Positions 39,231 to 53,628 are shown, numbered from the stretch's first letter. The stretch: 64,000 bases of DNA from Octopus sinensis (GCF_006345805.1 NC_043006.1:24614001-24678000); one strand, 5' to 3'. Numbers and translations are program-made. Notes: generated from the letters alone by a model not told the origin.

Positions 39231-40007
39231 CTCCGGCCGGTTACGATATACTATTGCGAATGCGTTACGGAAGGTCCATAGTAAACATCTTACATGAACA
39301 AAACGCTGTGTACCTCGTCAGCTACATTGGAAAAAGAAGAGTAAAACAACAAACGGAGTTGCAGTGACAGAAACGCTGAATGAATGAAGAATTCGACAAA
39401 TACCTTTCGGAGTGTGTAGATAGATTATGATTATATCAGAATTTGGCAATCGCTCGGAATTGGTTTCAGAACTGTCAAATTTTCACAGCTGTTCCTTCGT
39501 TACTTTCCGTGAAAAATTTTTTTTTATTTATTTGGGTGATCGAGCGCGCGAGTATGCACGTGTCTATGAAAGCTAATTGGTGTACGTCTGCGTGTGTGTG
39601 TGTGTATGTATGTATGTACGTGTATATGAAAAATAATTGTTGTACATGTCTATTTATATGTGTACGTGTATATGAAAGCTAATTGGTGTACGTATCTGTG
39701 TGTGAGTGAATACAAATATATAAAGTAGAACACGCTCGCACACATATATACCACAATCAATTACGTCTATTGAGGTTATAAACATTCTGTGCCGTATGAA
39801 TATGTCCCTCGTTTAAGAAACAGATTGGGTTTATTTACATTCGTGAAGCAAAAAAGATACCCTTCCTCCCACCCCTAAACCTAACCCTAAAACAGATAGA
39901 AATGCAATAGATCGATACTAAGGTCATAATTATTGCTGACAATTTCATATGACACCGCTAGAAAAAACTGCCGTTCAAACCGAAAAGATCCAAAATGTTA
40001 ATTAATA

Positions 40008-42167
40008 TCTCTATCTCTCTATATATAAAAGGCAGTTTGTTTGTCTGTGTGTCTGACCACGGCTTTCAACCGATTCTGATGAAACTTGACACACGCATAG
40101 CCTAATGTCATAATTCAAAACTAACGCAGCGAAAATTTTGAAAAGTTCCCCCAGTTCTGAAAAAAATCGATAAATTCGACATGGGGTCGAGAATCTAAGC
40201 TTATCATATGCAACACATTTTCCGTTGTAGTTTTCGCAACTTGCAATCGATTTTCACCAAACTCATGGTGAAGCTTAATGTTACCCTAAGGAACTTAATT
40301 CTGACGTTAGTTTTCCATGCAATACCTTACCATCAGAAAAAATCGATAAAATCATGCCATTTTGGGAAATCGCGTTCAAATTCAAGATGACATATTTTCG
40401 ACAATATCTTTAACAAATTGGCAGGAATTTTGGGGGTAATTCACAGCGAGCATCATGTCTGCTCCAATGAGCTATATGGCCCTTTTGATTCCAATAGGAT
40501 ACGTTATTACTGGAAAAAATCGGTTAATTAAATCATATGTGGCACACATAGCAAACCGATTTTTCTGTGATATTTTTTGAAAGTTCACATAGATTTTCCC
40601 TACACCGATGTTGGACATCAAGTTTGCATTAAATGTCAAACTAGCGACCTTTTGTCAATGCAGTTAACAAGTATTGGGAGAAATCGACAAAACCATATCA
40701 CTTTGAGACCGACCATGCGAACCCTACAAAACTGACTTTTGTTAAATAGTTGGCGGAATTCAGGCGATTTAGTCGATTTTTGCCGCTTTTATCATAGAAA
40801 TGGCATATGTTTTCCTTTTGCTTCAAATCCGAGCAATGTTGGGCTGTAGATACGTTTGCGGTTGTTTGCGCGTCCTTGACACGATGATTGCAGCTCTTCC
40901 CATTGGCTCCTCAAACGGTGAACAATGCTCTCAATTAAACACCCTTTGGCCAATCACATGCACTGACACACTCAGTTGTGCGCATATAGTTTGTAACTCC
41001 CACTTCTCTCGGTTCACACCCGCTCTACTTCTACTAATCGCTGCTGCAGCCGCAAGTTATTCGAATACTATTTTTGTTTAAACTTTATAACTACCACCCC
41101 AAACGTTTTACCTTAAATTTTTGACGTACCCTTAGGGTCCTCGGACGCTACTTGCAAATTCTTGATTTATTATAAGCCGCTTTTGTCGTGTGCACCAAAA
41201 AACCTTTTCCATTCGTTTGTTCAGTTTGGTCACTTTTCGCTTTTTCGTTGTTGCCACTCACATTGCTGCCCGCTTTTTTTTCCGTTTTTGTACATTTTTA
41301 TACATTTTGGGATACTTACCCCATTGTTCCTTTTTATTACACCTTTGCCAAACACATTGCTATCCACCAAAATGCCACCCAGAAGAGAAGGACCCTCCTC
41401 AGCCCTCGGACAGCCAAGGCATTGGCTGCTAGGGCTAGAAGGGCATGCGAGACCCACGAGGAAACTGCCTTGCGCCTCTCGCAAAAAGCTTCCCGTTCTG
41501 CCGCTGCTCAGGCATCTGAAACTACTAGCGACCGTTCTATCCGACTTGCAAGAGCCGCAACGTACAGATCTTCCCTACGTCGAGGTTGACGAAAGAGCAA
41601 CAGTCCAGCCAAAACATACGGGCTTCTTCCTGTGCTTCCATCCGCAGAGCTCGCGAGAACCCCGAACAAAGGGCCATCGGAATGCGGCTAACGCCGCTAG
41701 CACCGCCAGGGCACGATCTGTCGAAACCCCACAGCAGAGGAGAACTCACCAAGCTGCTAACGCCGCAAACACAGCCATGGCCCGATCTGCCGAAACTCCA
41801 GATTTACGAACTATTCGGACATCCAGAGATGCCATTTACACTACTTCTGCTAGGGCTTCAGAGAGTGCTGAGGCGAGAACTGAAAGGCTTTCAAGGGATG
41901 CCACTGCTACCGCTGTCGCACGCGCATCTCAATCTGCTGAGGCACGGCGCACTCGACTTGAGAGTATCAACCAACGTCGGGATATCATTCGTGGTGTACG
42001 TACCCCTGCCCCCGCTTTCTGGTCGTCACTAGCATTCAACTACGACGCCACTAGGCTTCATTTTACAAAATAACGGTTCAATGAGTACAAAAAAGGGTAA
42101 AAATGTAAAGGGCATTGCTTATTGACAGTTTCTTATATATCCTGGCAACGCCGGGCTATGCTGCTAG
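40008..42167 (+). mobile_element. Internally deleted Helitron
   Basis: Inserted between A and T; 5' TC..CTATATATAAAA; 3' hairpin CCTGGC-AAC-GCCGGG then CTAG; ORF with RASESAEARTERL/RASQSAEARRTRL repeats and AFNYD like a Helitron N-terminus; no Rep or helicase domain. Confidence 0.8.
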
Positions 42168-43275
42168 TATATACATACATACACGTAAATGTAGATATAT
42201 ATACGCAGATATACATACACACATATGTATATACACGGACTAACATACATAATAATAATAACAAAAACAAGTAAAATAATATATTTTGTTTTACTTTATG
42301 TAAAAGCTATGTGATTTCTTATATATTTATTAACCTAAACGGGTATTATAAGTTTGAAGTACAAATTTGAAATAAGTTGGAAAAGATTTATGATAGATAC
42401 AAAAAATCAGATTCACCGTATATAGAAATCTCGGTTTTACAATGTAAATCGTTAAATTTTCTTTCAAATTAGTTATTGAAAATTCACAATAAATTCATTT
42501 ATTAGCTATGCTTGCATAAGTTAAATTATATTCATTACCGTTATAAATATTTAGAAAATTTATTGTATCTGACCAAATTTTTTTCTTTTTATTTATGCTT
42601 AAAACCATATTTTCGGTGCCTGGTTATTTTTTTTTTATTTATGTGTATACTGTAGAAATCCATATAAAATTTTATTGTCACTTAATTATCCAACTATTTA
42701 TTTATTAATTTGACATTAATATCTATCTATTCATTTAATTATCTATTTACCGTTATATTTAATAGATATTTAGTATAAAACGTAGTGAACGAAGGGAAGT
42801 AATTCATGATAACTAAACAAACAATTAATCCAACAGTTTATGTAATTTTATATATACATCACATACCGTTATCGTATAAATGTCGAAATACACAAATATA
42901 CATATACACATGTACATACACATAAATATACACATGCACACATACATACGCATCCATTCATCAACATAGTCACAGATATATATACTCATAGATATACAAA
43001 TATAAGTACATACAGACATATATACACATACACACAAACATACATATATACACAGTTAACTCAACAATCGAACAAATAATCTAATTATTTGTTAAATAAT
43101 TTTATATAGACATCACGTTCCTTAAATAAACATATACATATCTATGTCCATAAATACATAAATATAGACACTTACATATACATACAAACAACCACACATT
43201 CCTCAAAGAAACATATATATATCTGCATGTACACAAATATATACATGTATTCATATATATATATATATATTTATA

Positions 43276-44174
43276 TCATCATCATCATCATCGTCGTTTA
43301 GCGTCCGTTTTCCATGCTAGCATGGGTTGGACGGTTCTACTGGGGTCTGTGAAGCCAGATGGCTTCATCAGGCCCAGTCAAATCTGGCAGTGTTTCTACG
43401 GCTGGATGCCCTTCCTAACGCCAACCACTCCGTGAGTGTAGTGGGTGCTTTTTACGTGCCACCCGCACAGGTGCCAGACAGAGCTGGCAAACAGCCACGA
43501 ACGGACGGTGCTTTTTATGTGCCACCGGCACGAGGGCCAGGCGGGGCTAGCAACGGACACGAAGCGGGGCGGTGCTGGCAACGGTCGCGAAACGGAAGGT
43601 TCTCTTACATGCCACCGGCACTGGTAACACATCTGCAATTTCCATTGATCGATTTCGATTCTGATCCTCACTTGCCTCAACAGGTCTTCACAAGTAGAGT
43701 TTTGTGTCCCAAGAAGGGGAAGGTATGCATACGTAGGCTGGCTCCATCCCATGTAGAAGGCCACGGGTTATGGACTCACTTGTCCTGCCGGGTCTTCTCG
43801 CGCACAGCACACTTCCGGAGGACTCGGTCTCTAGTCATTTCCTCAGTGAGACCTAAAGTTCGAAGGTCGTGCTTCACCACCTTGTCCCAGGTTTTACTGG
43901 GTCTGCCTCTTCCACAGGTTCCCTCAACCGCTAGGGTGTGGCACTTTTTCACACAACTATCTTCATCCATTCTCGCCACATGACCATACCAGCGCAAACG
44001 TCTCTCTTGCACACCACAACTGATGCTTCTTAGGTCCAGCTTTTCTCTCAAGGTACTTACACTCTGCCGAGTGTGAGTACTGACATTACACATCCATCGG
44101 AGCATACTGGCTTCATTTCTTGCGAGCTTACGCATATCCTCAGCAGTCACGGCCCATGTTTCTCTGCCATATAC
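43276..44174 (-). mobile_element. RTE LINE 3' end
   Basis: YGRETWAVTAEDMRKLARNEASMLRWMC..RLRWYGHVARM..GRGRPSKTW; UTR repeats; (ATG)n tail. Confidence 0.85.
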
Positions 44175-44175
44175 A

Positions 44176-44495
44176 TAGGCACAGGAATGGCTGTGTGGTA
44201 AGTAGCTTGCTAACCAACCACATGGTTCCGGGTTCAGTCCCACTGCGTGGCATCTTGGGCAAGTGTCTTCTGCTATAGCCGCGGGCCGACCAATGCCTTG
44301 TGAGTGGATTTGGTAGACGGAAACTGAAAGAAGCCTGTCGTATATATGTGTTTGTGTGTCTGTCTTTGTCCCCCTAGCATTGCTTGACAACCGATGCTGG
44401 TGTGTTTACGTCCCCGTCACTTAGCAGTTCAGCAAAAGAGACCGATAGCATGGCCGCAGTCAAATGACTGAAACAAGTAAAAGAGTAAAGAGTAA
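44176..44495 (+). mobile_element. tRNA-headed CORE-like SINE
   Basis: A box TGGCTGTGTGG, B box GGTTCAGTCCC, CTTGGGCAAGTGTC core. Confidence 0.8.
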
Positions 44496-44565
44496 TACAT
44501 TCTGCCATACATTCATCAACACCTACATGGTCATACACATACATACATACATACATACACTCAGA

Positions 44566-44615
<50 letters not shown>

Positions 44616-44671
44616 AGAACCTACATATACATACAAATATACATATACATACACATATATACACACTTACA

Positions 44672-44709
<38 letters not shown>

Positions 44710-44893
44710 AATAGACACATACATATATACACATATACATACATTCATATACACATACACACATATACATAGAATAATAAACTATATGTATGTATGTTAT
44801 TATGGTTGTTGTTTTGATAAATAAATAAGTCAACATTTTAATGTCCTAAAGTTAATGAACCAACTAATGTGCTTTTCCATTTTCTTATTTGCA

Positions 44894-45320
44894 ATCTATA
44901 TATATAAAACTGAGAATGTTTGTCTGTCTGTCTGTGTGAATCCCTAAAACTTGAGAACTACACAGCAAATTTCATTCATATTTTATACATGTCTTACTCA
45001 GGGTCCATGTAGTGTCATGGGAAAAATAAAAAAAACCTTTTAACTTCTTGCCTAGGGTGAGCCCGCAGCAATATCATATCTTCTCCACTATTTCAGTAGT
45101 ACATGTCAAAAGTGAAACAAAAAGATCTCTCTATTGTAATGTCAAATGCTTTCACTTTAATAGTGAAACTATTATATAAGTGGCATGAACTGAAAATGAA
45201 CATCCCTCCTATATGTATGTAATGTAATTTTTTCTGAAACTTCAGACTTTTCAATATGCTACACCACTGGTTTTAAATTGATATTAATCAAATTAATATT
45301 CAATTTTTCACCCTTATTAT
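44894..45320 (+). mobile_element. Helitron-like non-autonomous 5' fragment
   Basis: a/TCTATATATATAAAACTGAGAATGTTTGTCTGTCTG start resembles 40008; no 3' hairpin found. Confidence 0.45.
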
Positions 45321-45566
45321 TTTAAATTTACATGTACACACACACACACACATATATATATAGATCTATATATATATGTGTGTGTGTGTATACATATACA
45401 TATACACACATGTATATATATATGGATGTATATATATACATGTATTTCTATACATATAGAATATATGTATAAGTGTATGTGTAGATGTATATATATATAT
45501 AGATGTACATGTAATATGTCCACATATATATATACACATATATACACCCATACACACACACACACA

Positions 45567-47035
45567 TAGGTGCAGGTGTGGCTGTGTGGTCCTGGGTTCA
45601 GTCCCACTGTGTGGTGACTTGGAATGTGTCTTCTGCTATAGCCTCAGACCAACTAAAGCCTTGTCAGTGGATTTTGTAGACAGAAACTGAAAGAAATCAA
45701 TTGTATATATATATATGTATGTATATATGTAAGTCTATGTGTGTGTCTTTGTGTTTCTCCCTCATCACTACTTCTCAACTGCTGTTCACTTATTCAGAGC
45801 CCCATAACTTACTGGTTCCCAAGAAGAAACTGATAGAATAAGTACCAGGTTTATCAAAATAAAAAAAAAACCACAAGGCAGTATCTCATATTTTTGTTTG
45901 CCCACACAATTTATCTTTGTGTGTGTGTGTATACATATATATATATATATATATGTATTTCATAGACAGAAACTTAAGAGAAATCAATCGTATATATATA
46001 TGTATTTATATATTTAAGTGTATGTGTGTGACTTTGTTTCACCCTCATCACTGCTTCACAACTGCTGTTCGTTTATTTACATCCCCCATAACTTACTGGT
46101 TTCACAAGAAGAAACTAATAAAATAAGTACCAGGCTTATCAACATAAAAAAAGCACTACGCTTTGTCTCGTATTTTTCTTTGACCACTCAGTTGTATCTA
46201 TCAATTTATCTTTGTGTGTGTGCGTGTATATATATATATATATATATATATTACATGCACACACATATATATATATACACATATATACACCCATACACAC
46301 ACACACACACATAGGTGCAGGTGTGGCTGTGTTGTCCTGGGTTCAGTCCCACTGTGTGGTGACTTGGAATGTGTCTTCTGCTATCAGACCAACTAAAGCC
46401 TTGTCAGTGGATTTTGTAGACAGAAACTGAAAGAAATCAATTGTATATATATATATGTATGTATATATGTAAGTCTATGTGTGTGTCTTTGTGTTTCTCC
46501 CTCATCACTACTTCTCAACTGCTGTTCACTTATTCAGAGCCCCATAACTTACTGGTTCCCAAGAAGAAACTGATAGAATAAGTATCAGGCTTATCAAAAT
46601 AAAAAAAACCCACTAGGCAGTATCTCATATTTTTGTTTGCCCACACAATTTATCTTTGTGTGTGTGTGTATACATATATATATATATATGTATTTCGTAG
46701 ACAGAAACTTAAGAGAAATCAATCGTATGTATATGTATTTATATATTTAAGTGTATGTGTGTGACTTTGTTTCACCCTCATCACTGCTTCACAACTGCTG
46801 TTCGTTTATTTACATCCCCCATAACTTACTGGTTTCACAAGAAGAAACTAATAAAATAAGTACCAGGCATATCAACATAAAAAAAGCACTACGCTTTGTC
46901 TCGTATTTTTCTTTGACCACTCAGTTGTATCTATCAATTTATCTTTGTGTGTGTGCGTGTATATATATATATATATATATATATATTACATGCACACACA
47001 TATATATATATATACATGTATGTATATGTGCACAT
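45567..47035. repeat. Near-identical tandem duplication, period ~745 bp, each unit with a SINE and a partial internal repeat
   Basis: 45567-46311 repeats at 46312-47035; differences lie mostly in microsatellite length. Confidence 0.85.
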
Positions 47036-47599
47036 TCATATCTATTATAACAAAGACAATGTCTTTATGTGTTCGTGTATTACTTATACATTTGAAAACT
47101 GCTGCACCAATCATAATGAAATTTGGAACACAAAATCCAAGCCTAGGGAGAAGGGTAATGCTGTGTGTTTCATACAATTTCATGGACCAAAATTACTGAA
47201 TGGATCCTTATGATATTTGAAACTTAGATTCAATGCATAAGGGCATGTATAATGCAATATATTTGGTTTGAATTTCAGATGGCTTAAAGGGAGCAGAACC
47301 CCCCATGAAAATTTATAAATTTTCGATGGTGATGAAATTTCAACAATGGATAATTGACACACATCAAGAAGTATTCTCAGTTTCCACTTCACATGACGAT
47401 TCCAAGACACCCTAATGGGGGCCTTAACTCCCAAATTTTAGTCATTTCTTTTATGATCCGAAACTAAGTCAAAATTACTGAATGGATTTTTACGAAATTT
47501 GGAAATTATATTCTATGCATAAGAGCCATAACCCCCATGACAATTCGTATATTTTTGCTGTTGATGAAATTTTAACCATAGATATTAGATACAAATGAA

Positions 47600-48340
47600 G
47601 TAATAATAATAATAATAATAATTGTGTACAGTGCTCAGGTGCACTACAACTCATCTAAAGTGTATATATAATCAGGTGTAGTTTTGGCGGATTTCGGAAA
47701 GCATGAGGGCCTTAAAGGATGCAGTGTCATGGCAGTCAACAACTGACGCAGGCAGTTTATTCCACGCTTCAGCAACCCTGAGCGTGAAAAAATGTTTCCG
47801 AAAGTCATGGGAGCTGTGTTGTTTTCTGACTTTGTAGGCATGTCCACGTGTGTTAGACACATGGAGATCAAAAAGGTGTTCAGTGTTGTTGTTGGTGAGG
47901 TGGTTGATAACCTTGTGGGTGTTTACCAAGTCTGTCGCCAGACGCCGGAGCTTCAGTGAATCCATGCCCAGGGAAACAAGGCGCTCAGAATATGGTAGGT
48001 GTCTGATGGAGGGTATGTGTTTGGTTGTACGTCTCTGGACAGATTCCAGGAGGTCAATGTTCTGAGCAAGATAGGGATTCCAAACTGATGATGCGAATTC
48101 CAAGTGTGGTCGTACCATAGCTGTATACAGTTTTAAATAGATGGCTGGAGAGCGGCTAACAAAAGTCTTGCTGAGTGATGCCAAGACACCCTCGGCCTTC
48201 TTGACAATTTTAGAGATATGCTTTGTCCAACGCAAATCACTGCTGACAGTGATGCCTAGGTCACGCTCGCAAGAGGATTTCTTGATATCAGTGTTGTGGA
48301 GGGAGTATGTGGACGCAGGGTTTTTACTCCCAAAATGCAT
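47600..48340 (-). mobile_element. CR1 LINE 3' end, open 222-aa frame, (ATT)n tail
   Basis: ERDLGITVSSDLRW, LYTAMVRPHLEFASSVWNP, LESVQRR, TRGH, FFTLRVAEAWNKLP; inserted in a Helitron-like repeat (about 47040-49300). Confidence 0.9.
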
Positions 48341-49331
48341 AAAATTTATAAAATTTCATCTTCTTACAAGTTAGAAAGACCCCTCCATGGGGACTTAACA
48401 CCCAAAATTTAGTAATTTTATCTCAGGAAAGACGAATACAGTTGTACTCTTGGAAGCTGTAGGGTCACCCGAGCATAGAAGATGGGCATTATTTGTAATT
48501 CAATGGTACAACAGTGTAACACTTTGCTTTGAGATATACTTAGATTGTGATTTCTGCAATGTGGTGCATAAATTGTCAACTAAATGAGAGGCATCTTTGC
48601 CTCCACTGATTCAGTTGCAAAGTGTTGAGTAAAGTTATTTGATTGCAGATCTCCTTTCAGTCTTTTTATTATCACTGGGTCACATATAGTCCCCAGATGG
48701 TAACATTGATTTCAAGGCATTCACAGATGACTAGTTATTCAAAGATATTTATAGATTGTAAATTTATCCTGTCCAGTTAGAGGTGACACTTTCATTTCTC
48801 CTTAGTCTTCATGTCACACAGTTGTTAATGTTTATTTCAGTTGGGTCATGCCCTTCCAATTGCTATAGATGCATAATGCATCTTACAGCTGTGCCTTGTC
48901 ACCTGCATGGTGAGGAATACTACATTGGGAGTGGTTAGCTGACTGCTTATTGTGATCATTTGTCTTTTGGTTTCCTGTAGTTTTGCTCTCTTATACAAAC
49001 CCAGTGAACATATATTTCCTATTTCAAAGAAATTCAAACAATAGATATACGACCCAAGTTAAAAAGATTCTCAACAATTCAACTTCTCTGGTTGACATTA
49101 AGATGTCCACCCCCAATAGGGGCCTTAATTCTCACATTTTAGAGCTCCATGACCTCATTTTTCAGGAGCAAAATCCTTTTAACAGGTTCAATAAGACAGG
49201 AATTTTGGAATATGTTTAAATGTACACTGTATTTTATGACTAATACATAGTCTTTGGACTAAATTTTTACACGTTAGGCCACTGGAAATGAAAATTTCTA
49301 TTAATTTCCATTTCCCTTTGATATGATTAAG

Positions 49332-49362
<31 letters not shown>

Positions 49363-49366
<4 letters not shown>

Positions 49367-49704
49367 TTAAATTAGAGATAAAACCACTATTAGGCAAATC
49401 ATACAATGAAAAACTTAAGCCAATATATAAGATTAATTAATTTATATTATTTAAATATATATCAAAATTATTAAAAAAGATAATTAATATAACACTACGA
49501 TCGTTTCATGGCTGTTCAATTCTTAAAATTTTTGAAAATTTTAAGAATTGAACAGCCATGAAACAATCGTAGTGTTATATTAATTATCTTTTTTAATAAT
49601 TTTGATATATATTTAAATAATATAAATTAATTAATCTTATATATTGGCTTAAGTTTTTCATTGTATGATTTGCCTAATAGTGGTTTTATCTCTAATTTAA
49701 TATA
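49363..49704. mobile_element. 342-bp near-perfect palindrome (family C) carrying the 3' half of a hammerhead
   Basis: 2-nt loop at 49533-49534; arms contain CAGCCAT-GAAA-CGATCG-TA-GTGTT; ~70-bp unpaired tail on the right; (TA)n on both flanks. Confidence 0.8.
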
Positions 49705-50486
49705 ATATAATATTTTACTATAAAATTGGATTCAATCCTAAATCTGATTTATTCCCTAATATTTTATTATTAATTTATATATATATATAATTTTATTTTA
49801 TTTATTTAAAAAAAAAATTTATTTTATTTATTTAAAAAAAATTTTATTTGCAAAAATTATACTAATGTTTTTTCATTAAAAAATTTTCTCCAAAATCGAA
49901 TGTTTGAAAGAAAAAGGGGAGACAGTACATTTTGTGTTCTAAATATAACTTTAAGAGGAGAAAAAGAAAACAAGAGGAAAGGGGAAGACAGAAAGAAAGC
50001 AAAAAGACTTCAGTGATGACCATACTGCACCTATCCTTTTTTCTGAAGAGGTCACCATCCTTAAACCAATCCCAATACAATGCTAAATGACTAAAATAAA
50101 TATATAAGCACATGAATGAATAGGAAGGGGGATACCTCTTCCCTTTCACTCCCTCTACCTATCTATCTGTCTGACTATCTATCTATCTACCTACCTATAT
50201 TTCTATCTCTCTACCTCCATTGTCATGGAACCTCAGCCAAAAAAAAAACAAAAAAAAAAAAAAACAACAATGTTCTCTTCAAAACAAGACAGCCCAAAAA
50301 CATCTGTTTCATATAAATGAAACTGTTTGTACATTCACAAAGTTTTATTTGACAAGTTTGAGAAATGAAAGAAAGCGCTAATAATAATGAAGAAATCTAA
50401 AGATTTTTTCCAAAATTCTGATGACTTTATTTTTCTCAATATTCAATTTCTGTACATCACACCTAAAACTCCCTACATATATGTAT

Positions 50487-50532
<46 letters not shown>

Positions 50533-50855
50533 AAGGCACATGGCTCAGTGGTTAGAGCGTCAAGCTTACTTACGATCATGAGGTTGTGATTTCGAATACC
50601 GGCCAGGGCTGCGTGTTGTATTCTTGAGCAAGACACTTTATTCCAAGTTGCTCCAGTTCACTGAGTTGTTGAAATCAGTTGCTACGTCACAGGTGCCAAG
50701 CTGTATCGGCCTTTGCCTTTCCCTTGGATAACACTGGTGGCGTGGAGAGGGGAGGCCAGTATGCATGGGCGACTGCTGGTCTTCCATAAACAACCTTGCC
50801 CGGACTTGTGCCTGGGAGAGTAACTTTCTAGGTGCAATCCCATGCTCAGTCATAT
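50533..50855 (+). mobile_element. tRNA-derived SINE (third family)
   Basis: A box TGGCTCAGTGG, B-box-like ATTTCGAATACC, TTGAGCAAGACAC core. Confidence 0.7.
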
Positions 50856-51689
50856 ATATATATATATATATATGACTCAGCATATATATACATATACACA
50901 TATATATATACACACATATATACACATATACATATAAATACATAGATATAAACAATATAAATACACACACACACACATATATACATATACATACATATAT
51001 ATATATATATATATACACAATATAAAAATAGGATAAAATCTTCATAAGAATTTAACAAGTAGTTAGTGTGAAAAACCTCATAAGAGAAAATAAACCATCA
51101 ATTTTTTCACTTAAATATATTCATATATATTATATAGAGGGCATTTTTGCACATGAATGCCACACACTAGGGACTCTTAAAGTCAAAACTACTAAAATAA
51201 ATAAACATATCGAACTGAATGCAATTTTCGAAGCAAGTCATTTAAAAACAGAATTCAGCTGCATATCACCTGTGATTTCGTAATCAGTACAGTGGTATGC
51301 ACTCTTTACTCCTCAGTGCAAGCATAATTCAAGATTTATAATGAATGAACAAAAACAACATACCAGGTGAACAACCATTGTATCCAACGCAGCATGTAGA
51401 AATGTTCACCCTTTATACATCTATGTAAATGGCGGGCTTTTTCGAATTGCATTTCGGTAACAACGTGCTTATTCAGAATAAAAATTCAGTATTGAATATA
51501 CTCCGGTTAAATTTACAATTTAAAAATAGGATAAAATCTTCATAAGAATTTATCAAGCAGTTAGCATGAAAAACCTCATATGAGAAAAAAAATCGATCAA
51601 TTTTTTCACTTGAATATATTTATTTATATTATATATAATAACAAAAAATCAGTTGACCAGTGCAAATCATCATGTTCGTGATACTGAAA

Positions 51690-52586
51690 ATGTTTTTACC
51701 ACTTGAAGAAGTATTGAAGCAGCTTGCTCCAGAGAGAAAATGGAGTTTTTGAAAACTAATGGCATTATTACCACCAGTAAAATGTGCGTGTGCACACATG
51801 ATATAACTTTGAAGATGTCGGCCAGATCGGTGGATGGATTTGTGTGGTAGTGCGGAAATTGTAAGAAAAATACTTCTATAAGGACAAAGACTTTTATGGA
51901 AAAGTCAAAATTGTCCTTACAGAAAATATTTCACACTGTCTTCCAAGGCACCTGTATCTACTGCGGCTTTATATACTGGAGTAGATAACAAAACTGAGAT
52001 CCAGTGGTATGAGTTTTGTTGAGAAGTATGTTTGGGGAAGATGCTTCGAGACAAAGCTCCGCTCAGTGGTCCAGGTCATGAGGTAGGAATAGATGGGAGC
52101 TTCCTCTTTAAAAGGAAGAGCAATGTAGGGAGAATAGGCCATCAAACGTGGGTTGTCAGGTGCTATGACACCGCTGTGAAAAAAGGATTTCTACAGTATG
52201 TACCTGATAGAAGCGCAGCAACACTAGAAGCTGTTATAATTGAAAATGTGTTACCCGGTACTATAATACATACAGACAAATGGGCCAGCTGTAGGAACTT
52301 ATAACAACTGGGTTGCATTCACAGAATGGTTGACCATTCAAAGAATTTCATTGACCTTGAAACTGGCAGTTGCATGAAGCACATTGAGGCCTATCGGTCC
52401 CGTATCAAAAGATGGCTAAAGTATGTGACTGGATCATCAGGCGACATGAAATGGTCCCGCGTCAATGAATCAATGTATCGAGAAATGTATGGATCTACTG
52501 TGAAGAAAAACTTCCAGAATTTCTATAAATTCCTCAAACACACTGTAGAAGTCATGACCAGTGCAAAACTCATGTTTTTTTTGTAA
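51690..52586 (+). mobile_element. Merlin (IS1595/ISXO2-type DDE) transposase remnant
   Basis: GPGHEVGIDGS, VPDRSAATL, PGTIIHTDKW, HRMVDHSKNFID, HIEAYRSRIK; stops present. Confidence 0.8.
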
Positions 52587-53081
52587 CTTTCAAAAAAAAA
52601 AACAAAAAAAAACACCCCCCCCCCCACTCTAATTTCGTATTTCTGCGGGAAATTCTGAAATAAATCTTTGCAGAAAGGTGAGTAGATTGATTACACATTT
52701 TTTTCATTATGTTATCGAAGTTTTGTGAGATTTGGGTGTTATTTCTAGCATGTAAAGAGCCTGCTTGAGGGCGTGGGGGTGGGGGTTAATATATATATAT
52801 ATATTTTTTAAAAAATTGAACATCGTAAGGTAACAGCTGAGCTGCACACACATGCCTTCAAGTTAAAATAAAAGATTGCCGAAATGATAAATAAATATTA
52901 AAAAATTTCTTAACTATAAAGTTTATTTGTATATTAAACAAATCATAATGCTTAATATTACAAGATTCGCTTCTGCTTTAAATGTCAACTTCCATTTGAA
53001 TTCCATATGTAAATAAACAAATTTTTCAAGTTCATAAAAAAATGTAATAAAGCGAAAAAAAAAGTGAGTAAATTATTTTAA

Positions 53082-53302
53082 CCCTTTAGTGTTCACATTA
53101 TTCTGCCAAAGTTAATGCTTCTTTATCCACATTGTTTTGAACTAATCATGCATTATCTTGTGGCTATGAGATTTTGATGAAGTAGCTGTTAATTTTAAAA
53201 ACGACATTGTAGGGTTGGTGTGAGAGACCAGATCTGGCCAGTTTGAACATAAAAGAGGCAGAATACTTTTGGCCGGATATGGCCGGTTTAAAAGCTAAAG
53301 GG
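53082..53302 (-). mobile_element. 221-bp piggyBac-like MITE (same family as 22704); older copy at ~56260-56464
   Basis: TTAA at 53078-53081 and 53303-53306; CCCTTTAG/CTAAAGGG TIRs. Confidence 0.8.
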
Positions 53303-53628
53303 TTAAACTGTATTACATAATGCAAAAAACAACAGATCAAAAGCACACCAAGCAGATCACATACTAAGCCACCTTGCTGAAGTATTATGAAAGGAGTCTT
53401 GTTTCATAAGTACAATGTTGAAAAACAAACCTGATTTTGTCACAGTCTATGAAAAGACTATGAACTTTTCAGCCAACCCTCCTATTTTACACATTTTGGC
53501 TGCTTTGGCTGTCAAGTGACTATAAAGAAGCATTCATCACTTGCACATTTGTGTAGTATGTGTAACACCATTTTATATTTACTTCACATTTTCTGTTTAT
53601 AATTATATATTGTTTTAAACTATTTTAG

